From the NCBI GenBank assembly GCA_009379995.1, contig WHSR01000006.1, positions 41,865 through 105,864 on the forward strand: 64,000 bases of DNA. Direction: 5' to 3'. The notes under the pieces are model-generated. The model searched no databases, was not told where the DNA came from, and saw only the letters and a program-made list of their open reading frames with translations. The DNA is from Streptosporangiales bacterium. GTDB lineage: Bacteria; Actinomycetota; Actinomycetes; Streptosporangiales; WHSR01. Below, in pieces: positions 1-9,286 of the stretch. Position 1 is the first letter of the stretch. Every line of letters starts with the position of its first letter. Made by a program: the position numbers and the translations under genes.

Positions 1-321
1 ATCGTCGAGGCGGCGGCGGTCGACGGTGCCGGGTTCTGGCGCCGGATGTTCGAGGTGACGATCCCGTTCACCCTGCCGGTCATCGCTGTGGCCGCGCTGT
101 TCGGCGCGGTGATCACGTTCACCGACATGACGGTGGTCTACCTGCTCACCGGCGGCGGACCTACCCACTCCACGCAGGTGCTGGCGAGCTGGGCGTTCAT
201 TAAGGGGATCGAGGGCGGCGACCTGGCCCAGGGCGCCGCGGTCGCGCTGTTCCTGTTCCCGCTGCTGCTCGCCGCCGTCATCGCGATCCTCACCGCGGTA
301 CGGCGCATGGAGGTCTCATGA
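1..321 (+). CDS. Sugar-type ABC transporter permease, C-terminal fragment (gene starts upstream of window)
   Basis: Frame 1 is open from nt 1. The segment ...EAAAVDGAGFWRRMFEVTIPF... plus hydrophobic helices is typical of BPD_transp_1 permeases. The stop overlaps the next ATG (ATGA at 318-321). Confidence 0.8.
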   Translation: MVEAAAVDGAGFWRRMFEVTIPFTLPVIAVAALFGAVITFTDMTVVYLLTGGGPTHSTQVLASWAFIKGIEGGDLAQGAAVALFLFPLLLAAVIAILTAVRRMEVS

Positions 322-1220
322 CGGCGGCGCCCACTACCGCGCTCGACGAGCGCACGATCGCCCATCTCCGCCGGCGCGCGGCCCGACGGCACGTGGCCGC
401 CCGGATAGGCCTGTACGCCGCCGCGGTGACCGCCGCGCTCGTCTGCGCCGGCCCGTTCCTGTGGTCCGGCATCACCGCCTTCAAGCAGGACACCGACCTG
501 TACCAGAGGGACAACAACCCGTTCATCTACAACGTGAACCCGACCGGCGAGCACGTGAGCTACCTGTTCACCGACACCGCGTTCGCCACCTTCGCCTGGA
601 ACACCCTCTGGGTGGGGCTACTCGTGGTCGCCATCACCCTCTTCCTCGGACTGCCGGCCGCATACAGCCTGGCCCGGCTCAACCGGCCGTGGTCCGGGCC
701 GCTCGGCATCGCGATCTTCTTCGTCTACCTGGTGCCGCCGACGCTGCTGTTCATCTCCCTCTCCCGGGTCGTTGGAGTGCTGGGGCTGCAGGACTCGACC
801 TGGTCGCTCGTGCTCATTTACCCGACGATCACGATCCCGGTCTCGGTGTGGCTGCTCATCGGCTTCCTCAAGGCGATACCGAAGGACATCGAGGAGCAGG
901 CGATGGTGGACGGCTACAGCCGGCTCGGGGCGTTCGTCCGTACGGTGGTGCCGCTGGTCTTCCCCGGCGTCGTCGCCGTGGTCGTGTTCGCGTTCACCCT
1001 GGCCGCCAGCGAGTTCATCTACGCGCTGGCCTTCGTGTCGCCCACCTCGGAGAAGGTCATCAGCACCGGCGTGCCCACCGAGCTCGTGCGCGGCGACGTG
1101 TTCTTCTGGCAGTCGCTGCAGGCGTCGACGGTCCTGGTAGCGGTGCCCATCGCGTTCGTCTTCAACCTCTTCCTGGAGAGGTTCATCGCCGGCTTCACCA
1201 TGGGCGCCGTCAAGGGCTAG
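318..1220 (+). CDS. Carbohydrate ABC transporter permease (MalG-like)
   Basis: 300-aa ORF with about 6 hydrophobic helices and a conserved permease loop (...IEEQAMVDGYSRLGAFVRTVVPL...). Translationally coupled to the upstream permease. Confidence 0.85.
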   Translation: MTAAPTTALDERTIAHLRRRAARRHVAARIGLYAAAVTAALVCAGPFLWSGITAFKQDTDLYQRDNNPFIYNVNPTGEHVSYLFTDTAFATFAWNTLWVGLLVVAITLFLGLPAAYSLARLNRPWSGPLGIAIFFVYLVPPTLLFISLSRVVGVLGLQDSTWSLVLIYPTITIPVSVWLLIGFLKAIPKDIEEQAMVDGYSRLGAFVRTVVPLVFPGVVAVVVFAFTLAASEFIYALAFVSPTSEKVISTGVPTELVRGDVFFWQSLQASTVLVAVPIAFVFNLFLERFIAGFTMGAVKG

Positions 1221-1222
1221 CA

Positions 1223-1305
1223 CCCCCTCCCCCCTTGGCCGTGATCTTGCAGAAATTCAACTTGGGCCGGTTCAAATTTCTGCAAGATCACGGCCAAGGG
1301 AGGGG
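1223..1305. repeat. Palindromic repeat family A, long form (copy A1)
   Basis: Perfect 25-bp arms CCTTGGCCGTGATCTTGCAGAAATT / AATTTCTGCAAGATCACGGCCAAGG around a 17-nt centre CAACTTGGGCCGGTTCA. Near-identical copy at 37098-37169. Confidence 0.9.
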
Positions 1306-1321
1306 CAGATACAGTCGATCC

Positions 1322-1987
1322 ATGGGATTGCTGCGCGACGAGCTGTGGGCCGAGATCGACGACATCTTCAACCGGATCCTCGAGCACCCCTTCGTACGGG
1401 GACTCACCGATGGCAGCCTGCCGCAGGACGCGTTCCGGCACTACGTGATCCAGGACGCGCACTACCTGCGCGCCTACGCGCGGGCGCTCACGATCTGCGC
1501 GGCCAAGGCGCCGACCGAGGTGGACTCCAGGATGTTCGCCGAGCACGCGAGCGAGGCGATCGCCGTGGAGCAGCAGATGCACGCGGAATTCGTTTCGGCC
1601 CTCGGCGGCTCGGCGGAGGGCGCCGCGGCCGAGCCGGTGAAGCCCACCACCCAGGCCTACACCAGCTACCTCCTCGCCACCTGCTACGGAGGGTCGTTCG
1701 CGGAGGCGCTGGGCGCGGTACTCCCGTGCTACTGGATCTACGCCCGGGTCGGCGACGCCCTGCTGGAGCGGTCCTCACCCGACCCGCTGTACGCGCGGTG
1801 GATCACCACGTACGGGGGTGAGGAGTTCCAGGCGGTGGTGAACGCGGTGCTCGACCTCACCGACCGGCTGGGCGCCGAGCTGTCCGCGGCCGAGAAGGAA
1901 CGGATGCGCCAGCACTTCGTCACCACGTCCCGGTACGAGTGGATGTTCTGGGACGCCGCCTGGCAGCGGGAGACCTGGCCGGTTTAG
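1322..1987 (+). CDS. tenA: TenA-family thiaminase II / aminopyrimidine aminohydrolase
   Basis: In-frame ATG inside the artefactually long 461..1987 ORF. MGLLRDELWAEIDDIFNRILEHPFVRGLTDGSLPQDAFRHYVIQDAHYLRAY... is the TenA fold signature. TACAGT lies 6 nt upstream of the ATG (possible leaderless start). Confidence 0.85.
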   Translation: MGLLRDELWAEIDDIFNRILEHPFVRGLTDGSLPQDAFRHYVIQDAHYLRAYARALTICAAKAPTEVDSRMFAEHASEAIAVEQQMHAEFVSALGGSAEGAAAEPVKPTTQAYTSYLLATCYGGSFAEALGAVLPCYWIYARVGDALLERSSPDPLYARWITTYGGEEFQAVVNAVLDLTDRLGAELSAAEKERMRQHFVTTSRYEWMFWDAAWQRETWPV

Positions 1988-2703
1988 TCCTTTGCCGCTG
2001 GGCCGCTGGCCACTACCTGCCGGAGCACCTCGACGGCGGCGTTGCGGTGCTCGTCCAGCACCCGTACCACCAGCTCGACGTCGCCGGAACGGACCGCCGA
2101 CACGATGACGTCGTGCTCGCGGGAGACCCGCTGACGGTTCCGCTCGTCGCCCAGGTACACCGCCCGGTAGGTGTCGGTGGCGTCCCACAGGATCCGGATG
2201 AGCCGCATCAACCGCGGCATACCTGCCGCCTCCAGCAGGATGAAGTGGAACCTGCGGTTGGCGGTCGTCATCGCCATGATGTCGCTCGCCGCGCCGGCCT
2301 TGTCGACCTCCCGCTGCGCCTCGGCGAGACGCTCCAGGTCCTCCTCGGTCAGCCGGTCGATCGCACGACGCGCCGCCTCGCCCTCCAGCAGCTGCCGGAT
2401 CCGGTACACCTCCAGCAGGTCGTCGAGGGACAGGTCGGTCACGAAGTAGCCGCGGTGCGGCCGGTACGTGACCTGCCCCTCGCCCTCCAGGATCTTCAGC
2501 GCCTCCCGCAGCGGCACGCGGCTCACCCCGAGCTGCTCGGCGAGCGCGTCCTGGCGGATGGGTTCGCCGGGGGCAAGCCGTCCGGACAGGATGGCCTGGC
2601 GCAGCTCGGAAAGGACGAATTCCTGAGCCGTCGGCGGGCGAAGGGGCCGCGTCACGGCGGTCACGATACCCCGCCCGGTGTGGCCTGGCACGATTTCAGC
2701 CAT
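1984..2703 (-). CDS. GntR-family transcriptional regulator (FadR/FCD subfamily)
   Basis: N-terminal winged HTH ...LRQAILSGRLAPGEPIRQDALAEQLGVSRVPLREALKILEGEG... followed by a helical FCD-like domain. Confidence 0.85.
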   Translation of the reverse strand: MAEIVPGHTGRGIVTAVTRPLRPPTAQEFVLSELRQAILSGRLAPGEPIRQDALAEQLGVSRVPLREALKILEGEGQVTYRPHRGYFVTDLSLDDLLEVYRIRQLLEGEAARRAIDRLTEEDLERLAEAQREVDKAGAASDIMAMTTANRRFHFILLEAAGMPRLMRLIRILWDATDTYRAVYLGDERNRQRVSREHDVIVSAVRSGDVELVVRVLDEHRNAAVEVLRQVVASGPAAKD

Positions 2704-2712
2704 GAAAGCAGG

Positions 2713-3354
2713 TCATCCAAGGTCGGCGCCCTCTCCGAGCTCGAGCCGGCGGGCATCGGTGTCGATCCGTACCCGTGAGCCGCTGAGGAAAGCGTCAACG
2801 ATGCCGAGACCGTTCGAGTTGAGCAGCCCGTCGTGCACCGAGTACGCGCGGCGCGGCCCGACCTCCCGTACGTAGTCGACCATCTCTGACACCTTGAGCC
2901 ACGGCGCGTTGGTGGGCAACAGCAGCGTGTTCACCGGTACGTCGGGGACCGTGAACTGGTCGCCGGGGTGGAACACCTCGCCGTCGACCAGGAAGCCGAT
3001 GTTGTTGACCACCGGTATGTCGGGATGGAGAACCGCATGCCACTCGCCGTACACCCCCACCTCGAAGCCGGCGACCGAGAACGCCTCGCCGCGGCCCACG
3101 GCGTGTGCGCGCACGCCGGCGTCCGCGAGCAGCCGGCGGACACTCGGATTCGTCCAGATCTCCAGGCCGGGGTTGCGGTCGACGGCGGCGACGATCCGGT
3201 CAACGTCGAAGTGGTCGACGTGCTCGTGGGTGATCAGCACACCGTCGGCGCCGAGCGTCGCCTCCGGCTCGGTAAACGAGCCCGGGTCGACGACCAGCGC
3301 CGCGCCCTCCTTCTCCAGCCGCACACACGCGTGACCCATCTTGGTGAGCCGCAT
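2713..3354 (-). CDS. MBL-fold metallo-hydrolase
   Basis: MRLTKMGHACVRLEKEG...LITHEHVDHFD carries the HxHxDH metallo-beta-lactamase motif. Confidence 0.8.
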   Translation of the reverse strand: MRLTKMGHACVRLEKEGAALVVDPGSFTEPEATLGADGVLITHEHVDHFDVDRIVAAVDRNPGLEIWTNPSVRRLLADAGVRAHAVGRGEAFSVAGFEVGVYGEWHAVLHPDIPVVNNIGFLVDGEVFHPGDQFTVPDVPVNTLLLPTNAPWLKVSEMVDYVREVGPRRAYSVHDGLLNSNGLGIVDAFLSGSRVRIDTDARRLELGEGADLG

Positions 3355-3406
3355 TCGCCCTCACCTGTCCTCTGCTCTCTCGGCTCCGGTGGGTTGGATT
3401 GTTGGC

Positions 3407-4555
3407 TCAGCCGCCGCGGGAGGCGGCCTCGTCCGGCTCCTCGCTCGACTGGGGCCGCGCCGTGAGGATGAGGTACACACCCCTGGTCACCAGCGGCAGC
3501 ACGAAGACGATCAGGAACGCATACGCGAGGTAGGTGTACCCCTGCGACACCAGCGCGATGATCCCGATCCGGGAGAGCACGAAGGCCAGGACGAGAACGC
3601 CCACGATCCAGACGGTCCTGGCCCGAGGGGTCAGGCCGCGGCGGCCGAGGCCCGCGAGGGCGCTGTCCACCCGGTCGAGGAACGCGCGGATCATGGCGGC
3701 GGAGGTGTCGACGACGGCGTAGACCAGGACCACCGCGAAGAGCAGGCTCAGCCCGATGCCGCCGGTCCTTTCCAGCATGACCAGCCAAGGGATGGGCGCC
3801 TCCGTCACCCCCTCGTCGTAGAAGCTCTGCACCGCCAGATAGGTCAGTACGAACGGAATGGTAACGAAAACGCCCGACAGAATACCCGCCGTAATCGTTT
3901 CGCGTCGCTTCTGCTGACGGTCGAGGCAGAAGAGTACGGGCACGACGCTCGGAATGTTGTAGCCGACGTACACCAGGCCCGACACCAACGCGGCGGCAAC
4001 CGTCGGCGACGGCGATTGGGAAACGTCGCCGCTGGCGATGACGCCCGCCGCCTCGTCCCACCGCCGCACCAGGACGAAGATCGCGAGAACGATGATGCCG
4101 ACCGAGAACAGGATGCTGCCGAGCAGGTCGAACCCCTCGAGAATGCTCCGGCCGGAGAACAGCACGATGCCTATCGCGACCAGAACGCCTATGACGGCAA
4201 GCAGATAGGGCACATGAAAGGACCCGGAAAGTACCTCACCGACCGCCGAGGTCACGATTCCGGTGACCACGATCATGAAAACGATCCATATCAGATCGAA
4301 GAGCGGCCAAAGCGGGCCTTTGAGCTTCCGTACGTACTCGCGATAATTGTAGACCCGCAGAATACGGGCCAGTTCGTAGGCGATCGTGCACAGGACCGCG
4401 AACCCTACCAGCAAGACGACGATGGTCCAGATGCCCAGTGCACCGAGCTGGCCCGCGTACTCGACGACCTCCCGTCCCGTGCTGAAGCCTGGACCCACCA
4501 CCACGATCTGAAAGATCGCGGCCGGAAGCACGAACCTCTTGAAAGCGCCGGACAT
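3407..4555 (-). CDS. YkvI-like polytopic membrane protein (putative transporter)
   Basis: Internal ATG (cat at 4553-4555) of the 3407..5041 ORF. MSGAFKRFVLPAAIFQIVVVGPGFSTGREVVEY resembles the YkvI N-terminus (GAGFASGQE). About 10-11 hydrophobic helices. Confidence 0.65.
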   Translation of the reverse strand: MSGAFKRFVLPAAIFQIVVVGPGFSTGREVVEYAGQLGALGIWTIVVLLVGFAVLCTIAYELARILRVYNYREYVRKLKGPLWPLFDLIWIVFMIVVTGIVTSAVGEVLSGSFHVPYLLAVIGVLVAIGIVLFSGRSILEGFDLLGSILFSVGIIVLAIFVLVRRWDEAAGVIASGDVSQSPSPTVAAALVSGLVYVGYNIPSVVPVLFCLDRQQKRRETITAGILSGVFVTIPFVLTYLAVQSFYDEGVTEAPIPWLVMLERTGGIGLSLLFAVVLVYAVVDTSAAMIRAFLDRVDSALAGLGRRGLTPRARTVWIVGVLVLAFVLSRIGIIALVSQGYTYLAYAFLIVFVLPLVTRGVYLILTARPQSSEEPDEAASRGG

Positions 4556-4563
4556 CACGGGCC

Positions 4564-5903
4564 TCACACGATTCCCTCGGTCTTCATGCGCTCGAGCGCC
4601 GTGGCATGGGCCGCGACGATCTGGTCCAGCTCCGATTCGCCGTGAGCCGAACTCAGGAAGGCCAGGTGTACGGGCGAGGACAGGAACACACCCTCCCGCA
4701 GGAGAAGCGCCGCCAGCATCCTCGCCGCCACCTTGTCGCTGCCGTGCAGGTCGCGTACGTTCGCCGGCTTTGCGTCGGTGAAATGGAAGCCCCACAACGA
4801 TCCGGCCCCGGTGACGTGCGCCGAGATGCCGAGCCGGCTTACCAGCGCGGACAGCTCCGAACGGAGACGATCTCCGCGCGCCTCGAGCGTGGAGTAGATC
4901 TCGGGATTCTCCAGAAGAACGTCGAGCTGCGCGACTCCCGCGGCGGTGGTCATCGGGTTGGCGGCATGCGTGCCGCCCGCCACCACGGAAAGGCCATCGT
5001 CGCCGGCCAGCACCCTGTCCACGAGGTCCCCCCGCCCGCATACGGCTCCCACCGGAAGACCGCCACCCACGATCTTTCCGAAGACAGTCAGATCCGGCCG
5101 CACGCCGAGGAGGCCAGCCGCCCCTCCTGGCGCGAGCCGAAAGCCGGTGATGACCTCGTCAGCGATCAGCACGACGCCGCACTCCCGGCAGGCGTCGCCC
5201 ACGGCCTGGAGGAAGCGGCGCTCCGCGGGCAGGGCACCACCCCCGCCGAGGACGGGTTCCACGATGACGCAGGCGAGGTCCTCCGCGTGCTCCCGGATGA
5301 TCTCCGCCGCCCTGTCGCTGTTGAAGGGAAGCGTCACGACGGTGCCGGTGACCTCCGGCGGTACCCCGGCGCTGTCCGCGACGGCCGCGGGGCGATCGGC
5401 CGTGCCCCCCAGCTGTGTATAGCTGTGCAGCAAGAAGTCCTGCCCCCCGTGCCAGCCACCCTCGAACTTGGCGATCTTGCCCCGGCCCGTTGCGGCGCGG
5501 GCGAGGCGAAGCGCCGACAGGGTCGCCTCGGTCCGCTGGAAACGAAGATCACCCTCTCCGCCCCCGGCACGGAGGAAACGATGCGCCGGGCGAGCTCGTA
5601 CTCCCCCGTGCCCGGCGCTCCGAACTGGATGCCCCGGGTGAGCTGCTCGGCGATCGCGCGCTCCACCCGCTCGTGGCGGTGGCCGAGGATCAGCGGGCCG
5701 AATCCGAGGTTGCAGTCCAGGTACCGGCGGCCGTCCAGGTCATAGAGGTACGGGCCCTCGGCACGGACCGCGTACGTGGGCACCGGCCACCAGAAACGCG
5801 AACGGGTGGCCCCGCCCGGCACTACCTGACGAGCCTGCTCGTAGTGGGCGACGCTTTGCGGCAAGAGTTCGCGTATTTCCTTTTCCACCGGCTCCAGCAT
5901 CAT
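4564..5903 (-). pseudogene. Class-III aminotransferase (glutamate-1-semialdehyde aminomutase-like), split by a 1-nt frameshift near 5532
   Basis: The N-terminal ORF (5334..5921) ends ...GAERVIFVSSG. The expected continuation [40 protein letters not shown] is in the -1 frame and runs into ORF 4564..5433. ATG at 5903 has a GAGAGGA RBS; alternative GTG at 5921. Confidence 0.7.
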
Positions 5904-6026
5904 CTGGGCGTCCTCTCGCACGACCGGACAGTTTGATCATTATCCTAAAATTCCCATTTAGGGGAAACCATCCATAGCCGTGAAGCGACGAGGTGCCGGG
6001 AAGCCGGAGCGCGGTTGTGAAGGGGG

Positions 6027-7481
6027 TCAGCCCGCTCCGCCAAGAGCGACGGTCACCGTGAAGGCCATCAGGACGACGAGTGTCCAGACGGCCGGCGCGG
6101 AGCTCTCCAGGTGCATGCGGCGGCGGTTCGCCCGGGCCGCGAAGGCGGCGCTCCGAGGCACCCACCACGGGTCGTGGCGGGCCTCCAGCAGGTAGAACGT
6201 CAGGCCGAGCCCGGCGCCGTACGTCAGGTGGCCGACCAGGCTCGGAAACGTGCTCGCGACCCCCTGCGCGGTCCACTGTGGATCGCCGCCGAGCAGCACC
6301 GGCAGCAGCGTCACCCCGCCCAGCACCCACCACAGGAAGCCGTACGCGGTCCCCCACCCCACCGCGGACGCCAGGTCGTGGGTCTGCCGGCGGAACAGCA
6401 GGCCGTAGGAGGCGCCGATGATCAGCGAGATCGCGAGGTGGACGGTGAATCCGACACCTATCGAGCTGGCGCCCACCAGCCGGGCCACCGTGGGAAAGAA
6501 GCCGATCTGGACCATGACCAGGGTGAACAGGAGGCCGCCGACGCAGCCGGCAAGCACGCCACGGCCGACCGCACGCAGCGTCCTGGCGCCGGGCCCCTCG
6601 TCGCCGGCACGCTCGACCGGCGCGGTGAACAGCAGCCGCCACGCCCTGTCGAGCCAGGCATAGGCGGCCGCCACGGCCACGCCGAGCAACAGGTACGACG
6701 GCAGCGTCGGAAACGCCTCGCCGACGTCCTCCGCCGACCAGGTGAGCCTGCCCCCCTCGACCAGCGGCACCACCGTCAAACCCAGCACCACCCACAGCAG
6801 GAAGCCGTAGCCCGCTCCCCGGATCAGGGACGGTCCCGTCGTGTCGGGCGCGCGGGGGTGCAGCATCCCGAACCCCGCACCGGCGAGGATTCCCAGGCCG
6901 AACACGGCCAACGTGATCATCCCCAACGGCCGCTGCATCATCGACGAGGAGACGGCCAGCGGCCCGTACTGCTCGCCGACCACCGCGGTGAGCAGCCATG
7001 CGGGAAAGATGCCGGCGATCGCTCCCCGCAGCACCACACCGGCGGTCACCGACCGACGCGCCGGTGCCCTCGAGCGCAACCAGGCGAGGACGAGGCCGGT
7101 TGTCGCACCGTACAAAAGGTGCCCGAGGAGGCTGGGAAACGCGTCGCGAGCGGCAGCCGCCGTCCACGCCACCTCGCGGCCGAGCAGGGCCGGCAGCAGA
7201 GTGAGCGCGCCGAGGTACCACCAGAACATGCCGTACGCCAGACCCCAGAACACCGTCTCGCCCGCACCGGGACTCTGGTGGCGTACGAGAACGGCGAACA
7301 GCGCGCCGACAAACGCCGCGATCGCCATGTGCACGGCGAACCCGACCGACGGCGAGTCCACCCGAACCAGCGAGGCGACGGTCGGCAACACACCTAGCTC
7401 GACCATGGCCGCGCCGAACACCAGCCCACCGGCGAGACCGGCCACCGTCCCGGACCTGGCCGCCGCCCAGAACCCCGTCAT
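6027..7481 (-). CDS. Polytopic membrane protein built from three copies of a ~130-aa four-helix module
   Basis: Each internal repeat ends in FPSLLGHLLYGATTG / FPTLPSYLLLGVAVA / FPSLVGHLTYGAGLG. The ATG overlaps the NDH-2 stop (TGATG); alternative GTG at 7484. Confidence 0.75.
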   Translation of the reverse strand: MTGFWAAARSGTVAGLAGGLVFGAAMVELGVLPTVASLVRVDSPSVGFAVHMAIAAFVGALFAVLVRHQSPGAGETVFWGLAYGMFWWYLGALTLLPALLGREVAWTAAAARDAFPSLLGHLLYGATTGLVLAWLRSRAPARRSVTAGVVLRGAIAGIFPAWLLTAVVGEQYGPLAVSSSMMQRPLGMITLAVFGLGILAGAGFGMLHPRAPDTTGPSLIRGAGYGFLLWVVLGLTVVPLVEGGRLTWSAEDVGEAFPTLPSYLLLGVAVAAAYAWLDRAWRLLFTAPVERAGDEGPGARTLRAVGRGVLAGCVGGLLFTLVMVQIGFFPTVARLVGASSIGVGFTVHLAISLIIGASYGLLFRRQTHDLASAVGWGTAYGFLWWVLGGVTLLPVLLGGDPQWTAQGVASTFPSLVGHLTYGAGLGLTFYLLEARHDPWWVPRSAAFAARANRRRMHLESSAPAVWTLVVLMAFTVTVALGGAG

Positions 7482-9286
7482 CACACCGCTTCCTTCTCCG
7501 CGTGGTCGGGCACGGGCCTGGACTCGGTGAGCACGACGTCACGGGTGAAGAACAGGTCGAGTATCCAGTCGAGTGCTACCCGAACCTTCTTCTCCAAGCC
7601 CGGCAGCTTGCCGAGGTACACACTGCGCCACAGCGCCCAGGCGACCAGCCCGGAGAACGGGCGGCCGCGGAGCTCCGCGGCGCCCTTCTGGTGGCCGAGC
7701 GCGACGAGCAGGCCGATGGTGCGGAACCGGAACGGCTTGACCGGCCGGCCGTCCAGCGCCGCGACGATATTGTCGGCGGCCACCTTGCCCTGCCGCAGGG
7801 CGTGCTGGGCGGTCGGCGGGTGGAACTGGCCCTGCGCCGCCACGTCGGGGATGGCCGCGCAGTCGCCGAGCGCCCACACGTTGGCCGATCCCTGTGCGCG
7901 GAGGTTCGGATCGACGGCGACCGCGCCGTTCCTGGCCCGCGCGATGGGAAGCGCGGCGACCAGCGGATTGGGCTGGTTACCCGCCGTCCACACCAGCGTG
8001 CGCGCCGGCAGCCGCTGCCCGTCGCCGAGCACCACCTCGTCCCCGGTCGCCTCGGCCACCCGCGCGGACAGGACGAACTCGATGCCCCGCCTCCGCAGAT
8101 CCGCCAACGAGTAGTCGGCGAGCTCCCGGCTGAGTTCGGGCAGGATGCGGTCTTGGGAGTGGACAAGCACGAATCGCAGCTGCGCCGCGTCGATCCGCGG
8201 GTAGTAGCGCCGCACGTCGTGCACCATGTCGAACAGCTCGGCGATCAGCTCGGCGCCGGCGAAACCACCGCCGGCCACCACGAACGTGAGCTGCCGGCGC
8301 TGCTCCGCCGGATCCGGCTCGACGTCGGCCCGCTCGAGCAGCCCGATGACGTGGTCGCGCAGCCGGGTCGCGTCCTCGAGCGTCTTCAACGCGAAGGAGT
8401 GCTCTGCCACCCCGGGAAGGCCGCGGTAGTTGGCGGTGGCGCCGAGCGCGAGCACGAGGTGGTCGTACCGCAGGGCCTCGGCAGCGAAGTTGTCACCCCG
8501 CCGCAGCCAGATCTCCTGCCGGTGCACGTCCACCGCCTCGACCCTCGCCCGGTGGAATACCGTGTGCGGGCACGACGCACGTACCGGCGCACTGATGTGC
8601 CGCGCGTGCAGCGCGCCCGCGGCGACCTCGGCCAGCATCGGCGTGAACAGCAGGTAGTTGCTGTCGCTGACGAGTGCCACCTCGACGTCGGAACGCCGGG
8701 CCAGCCGATGTTCCAGCGCTTGGGCGGTGCTGACCCCGGCGAAACCGCCGCCCAGGACGACGACACGACGCGGCGGCCGGCGGGGTCGCGGCTTGGCCGC
8801 CACCGGCCACGACCGGGCGAGCGCCGCAAGAACGTAGTGCGTACCGACACCGGTCAGCGCCCCGTACAGCATGCGGCCGACCAGGTACGGGAACGTGGCA
8901 TTCGCGTCGGCCAGTGACCAGGTCACCGCCTGACCGGTGAGCGCCGGAAGCAGCGTAAGCGACTCCGCCACCCACAGCAGCATGCCGAGCAGTACGCCGG
9001 TGCCGGCGGCCGCCGCGTGCCCGCGCGGCCGGTACCCGACGACGGCACCGATGACCGCGCCCATCAGCACGGCGAGGACGAGCGCCAAGCCCACTCCGGG
9101 GCTGTCCGGCCCGGCGCCGACGAAGCCCATGTCGCTCATGCCCTGCAATGCCTGGATCAGCACAACCACGAACCCGGCCGCCAGGCCGACCATCGCCCCG
9201 GCGGCTGCCAGCACCGATCGGGGCAACTCCGAACTTCGAGTCGGCTCGGTCACAGCGCCCGATTCCACCACAACTTCGCTACCCAC
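7481..9286 (-). CDS. ndh: Type-II NADH dehydrogenase (NDH-2) with an N-terminal four-helix membrane module
   Basis: RRVVVLGGGFAGVSTAQALE... and ...LTFVVAGGGFAGAELIAEL... are the two Rossmann GxGxxG motifs of NDH-2. Residues ~20-160 are homologous to the repeats of the downstream gene (ATFPYLVGRMLYGALTG). Confidence 0.8.
   Translation of the reverse strand: MGSEVVVESGAVTEPTRSSELPRSVLAAAGAMVGLAAGFVVVLIQALQGMSDMGFVGAGPDSPGVGLALVLAVLMGAVIGAVVGYRPRGHAAAAGTGVLLGMLLWVAESLTLLPALTGQAVTWSLADANATFPYLVGRMLYGALTGVGTHYVLAALARSWPVAAKPRPRRPPRRVVVLGGGFAGVSTAQALEHRLARRSDVEVALVSDSNYLLFTPMLAEVAAGALHARHISAPVRASCPHTVFHRARVEAVDVHRQEIWLRRGDNFAAEALRYDHLVLALGATANYRGLPGVAEHSFALKTLEDATRLRDHVIGLLERADVEPDPAEQRRQLTFVVAGGGFAGAELIAELFDMVHDVRRYYPRIDAAQLRFVLVHSQDRILPELSRELADYSLADLRRRGIEFVLSARVAEATGDEVVLGDGQRLPARTLVWTAGNQPNPLVAALPIARARNGAVAVDPNLRAQGSANVWALGDCAAIPDVAAQGQFHPPTAQHALRQGKVAADNIVAALDGRPVKPFRFRTIGLLVALGHQKGAAELRGRPFSGLVAWALWRSVYLGKLPGLEKKVRVALDWILDLFFTRDVVLTESRPVPDHAEKEAV

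Noticed and set aside
1221-1321. A TPP riboswitch upstream of tenA.
   Set aside because: The 100-nt spacer is almost entirely occupied by repeat A1, and none of the conserved THI-box segments (for example CUGAGA) is present.
5740-7542. Very long ORFs in the track that run antisense to or out of frame with the genes called here. Examples: 5740..7542(-), 10013..11752(-), 10108..12084(+), 24742..26607(-), 45329..46819(-), 51233..52831(-), 56769..58250(-), 62061..63938(+, upstream part).
   Set aside because: Their translations are Arg/Pro/Gly/Ala-rich with no recognisable motifs. They overlap frames that carry clear family signatures. Such stop-free shadow frames are expected in very GC-rich DNA.
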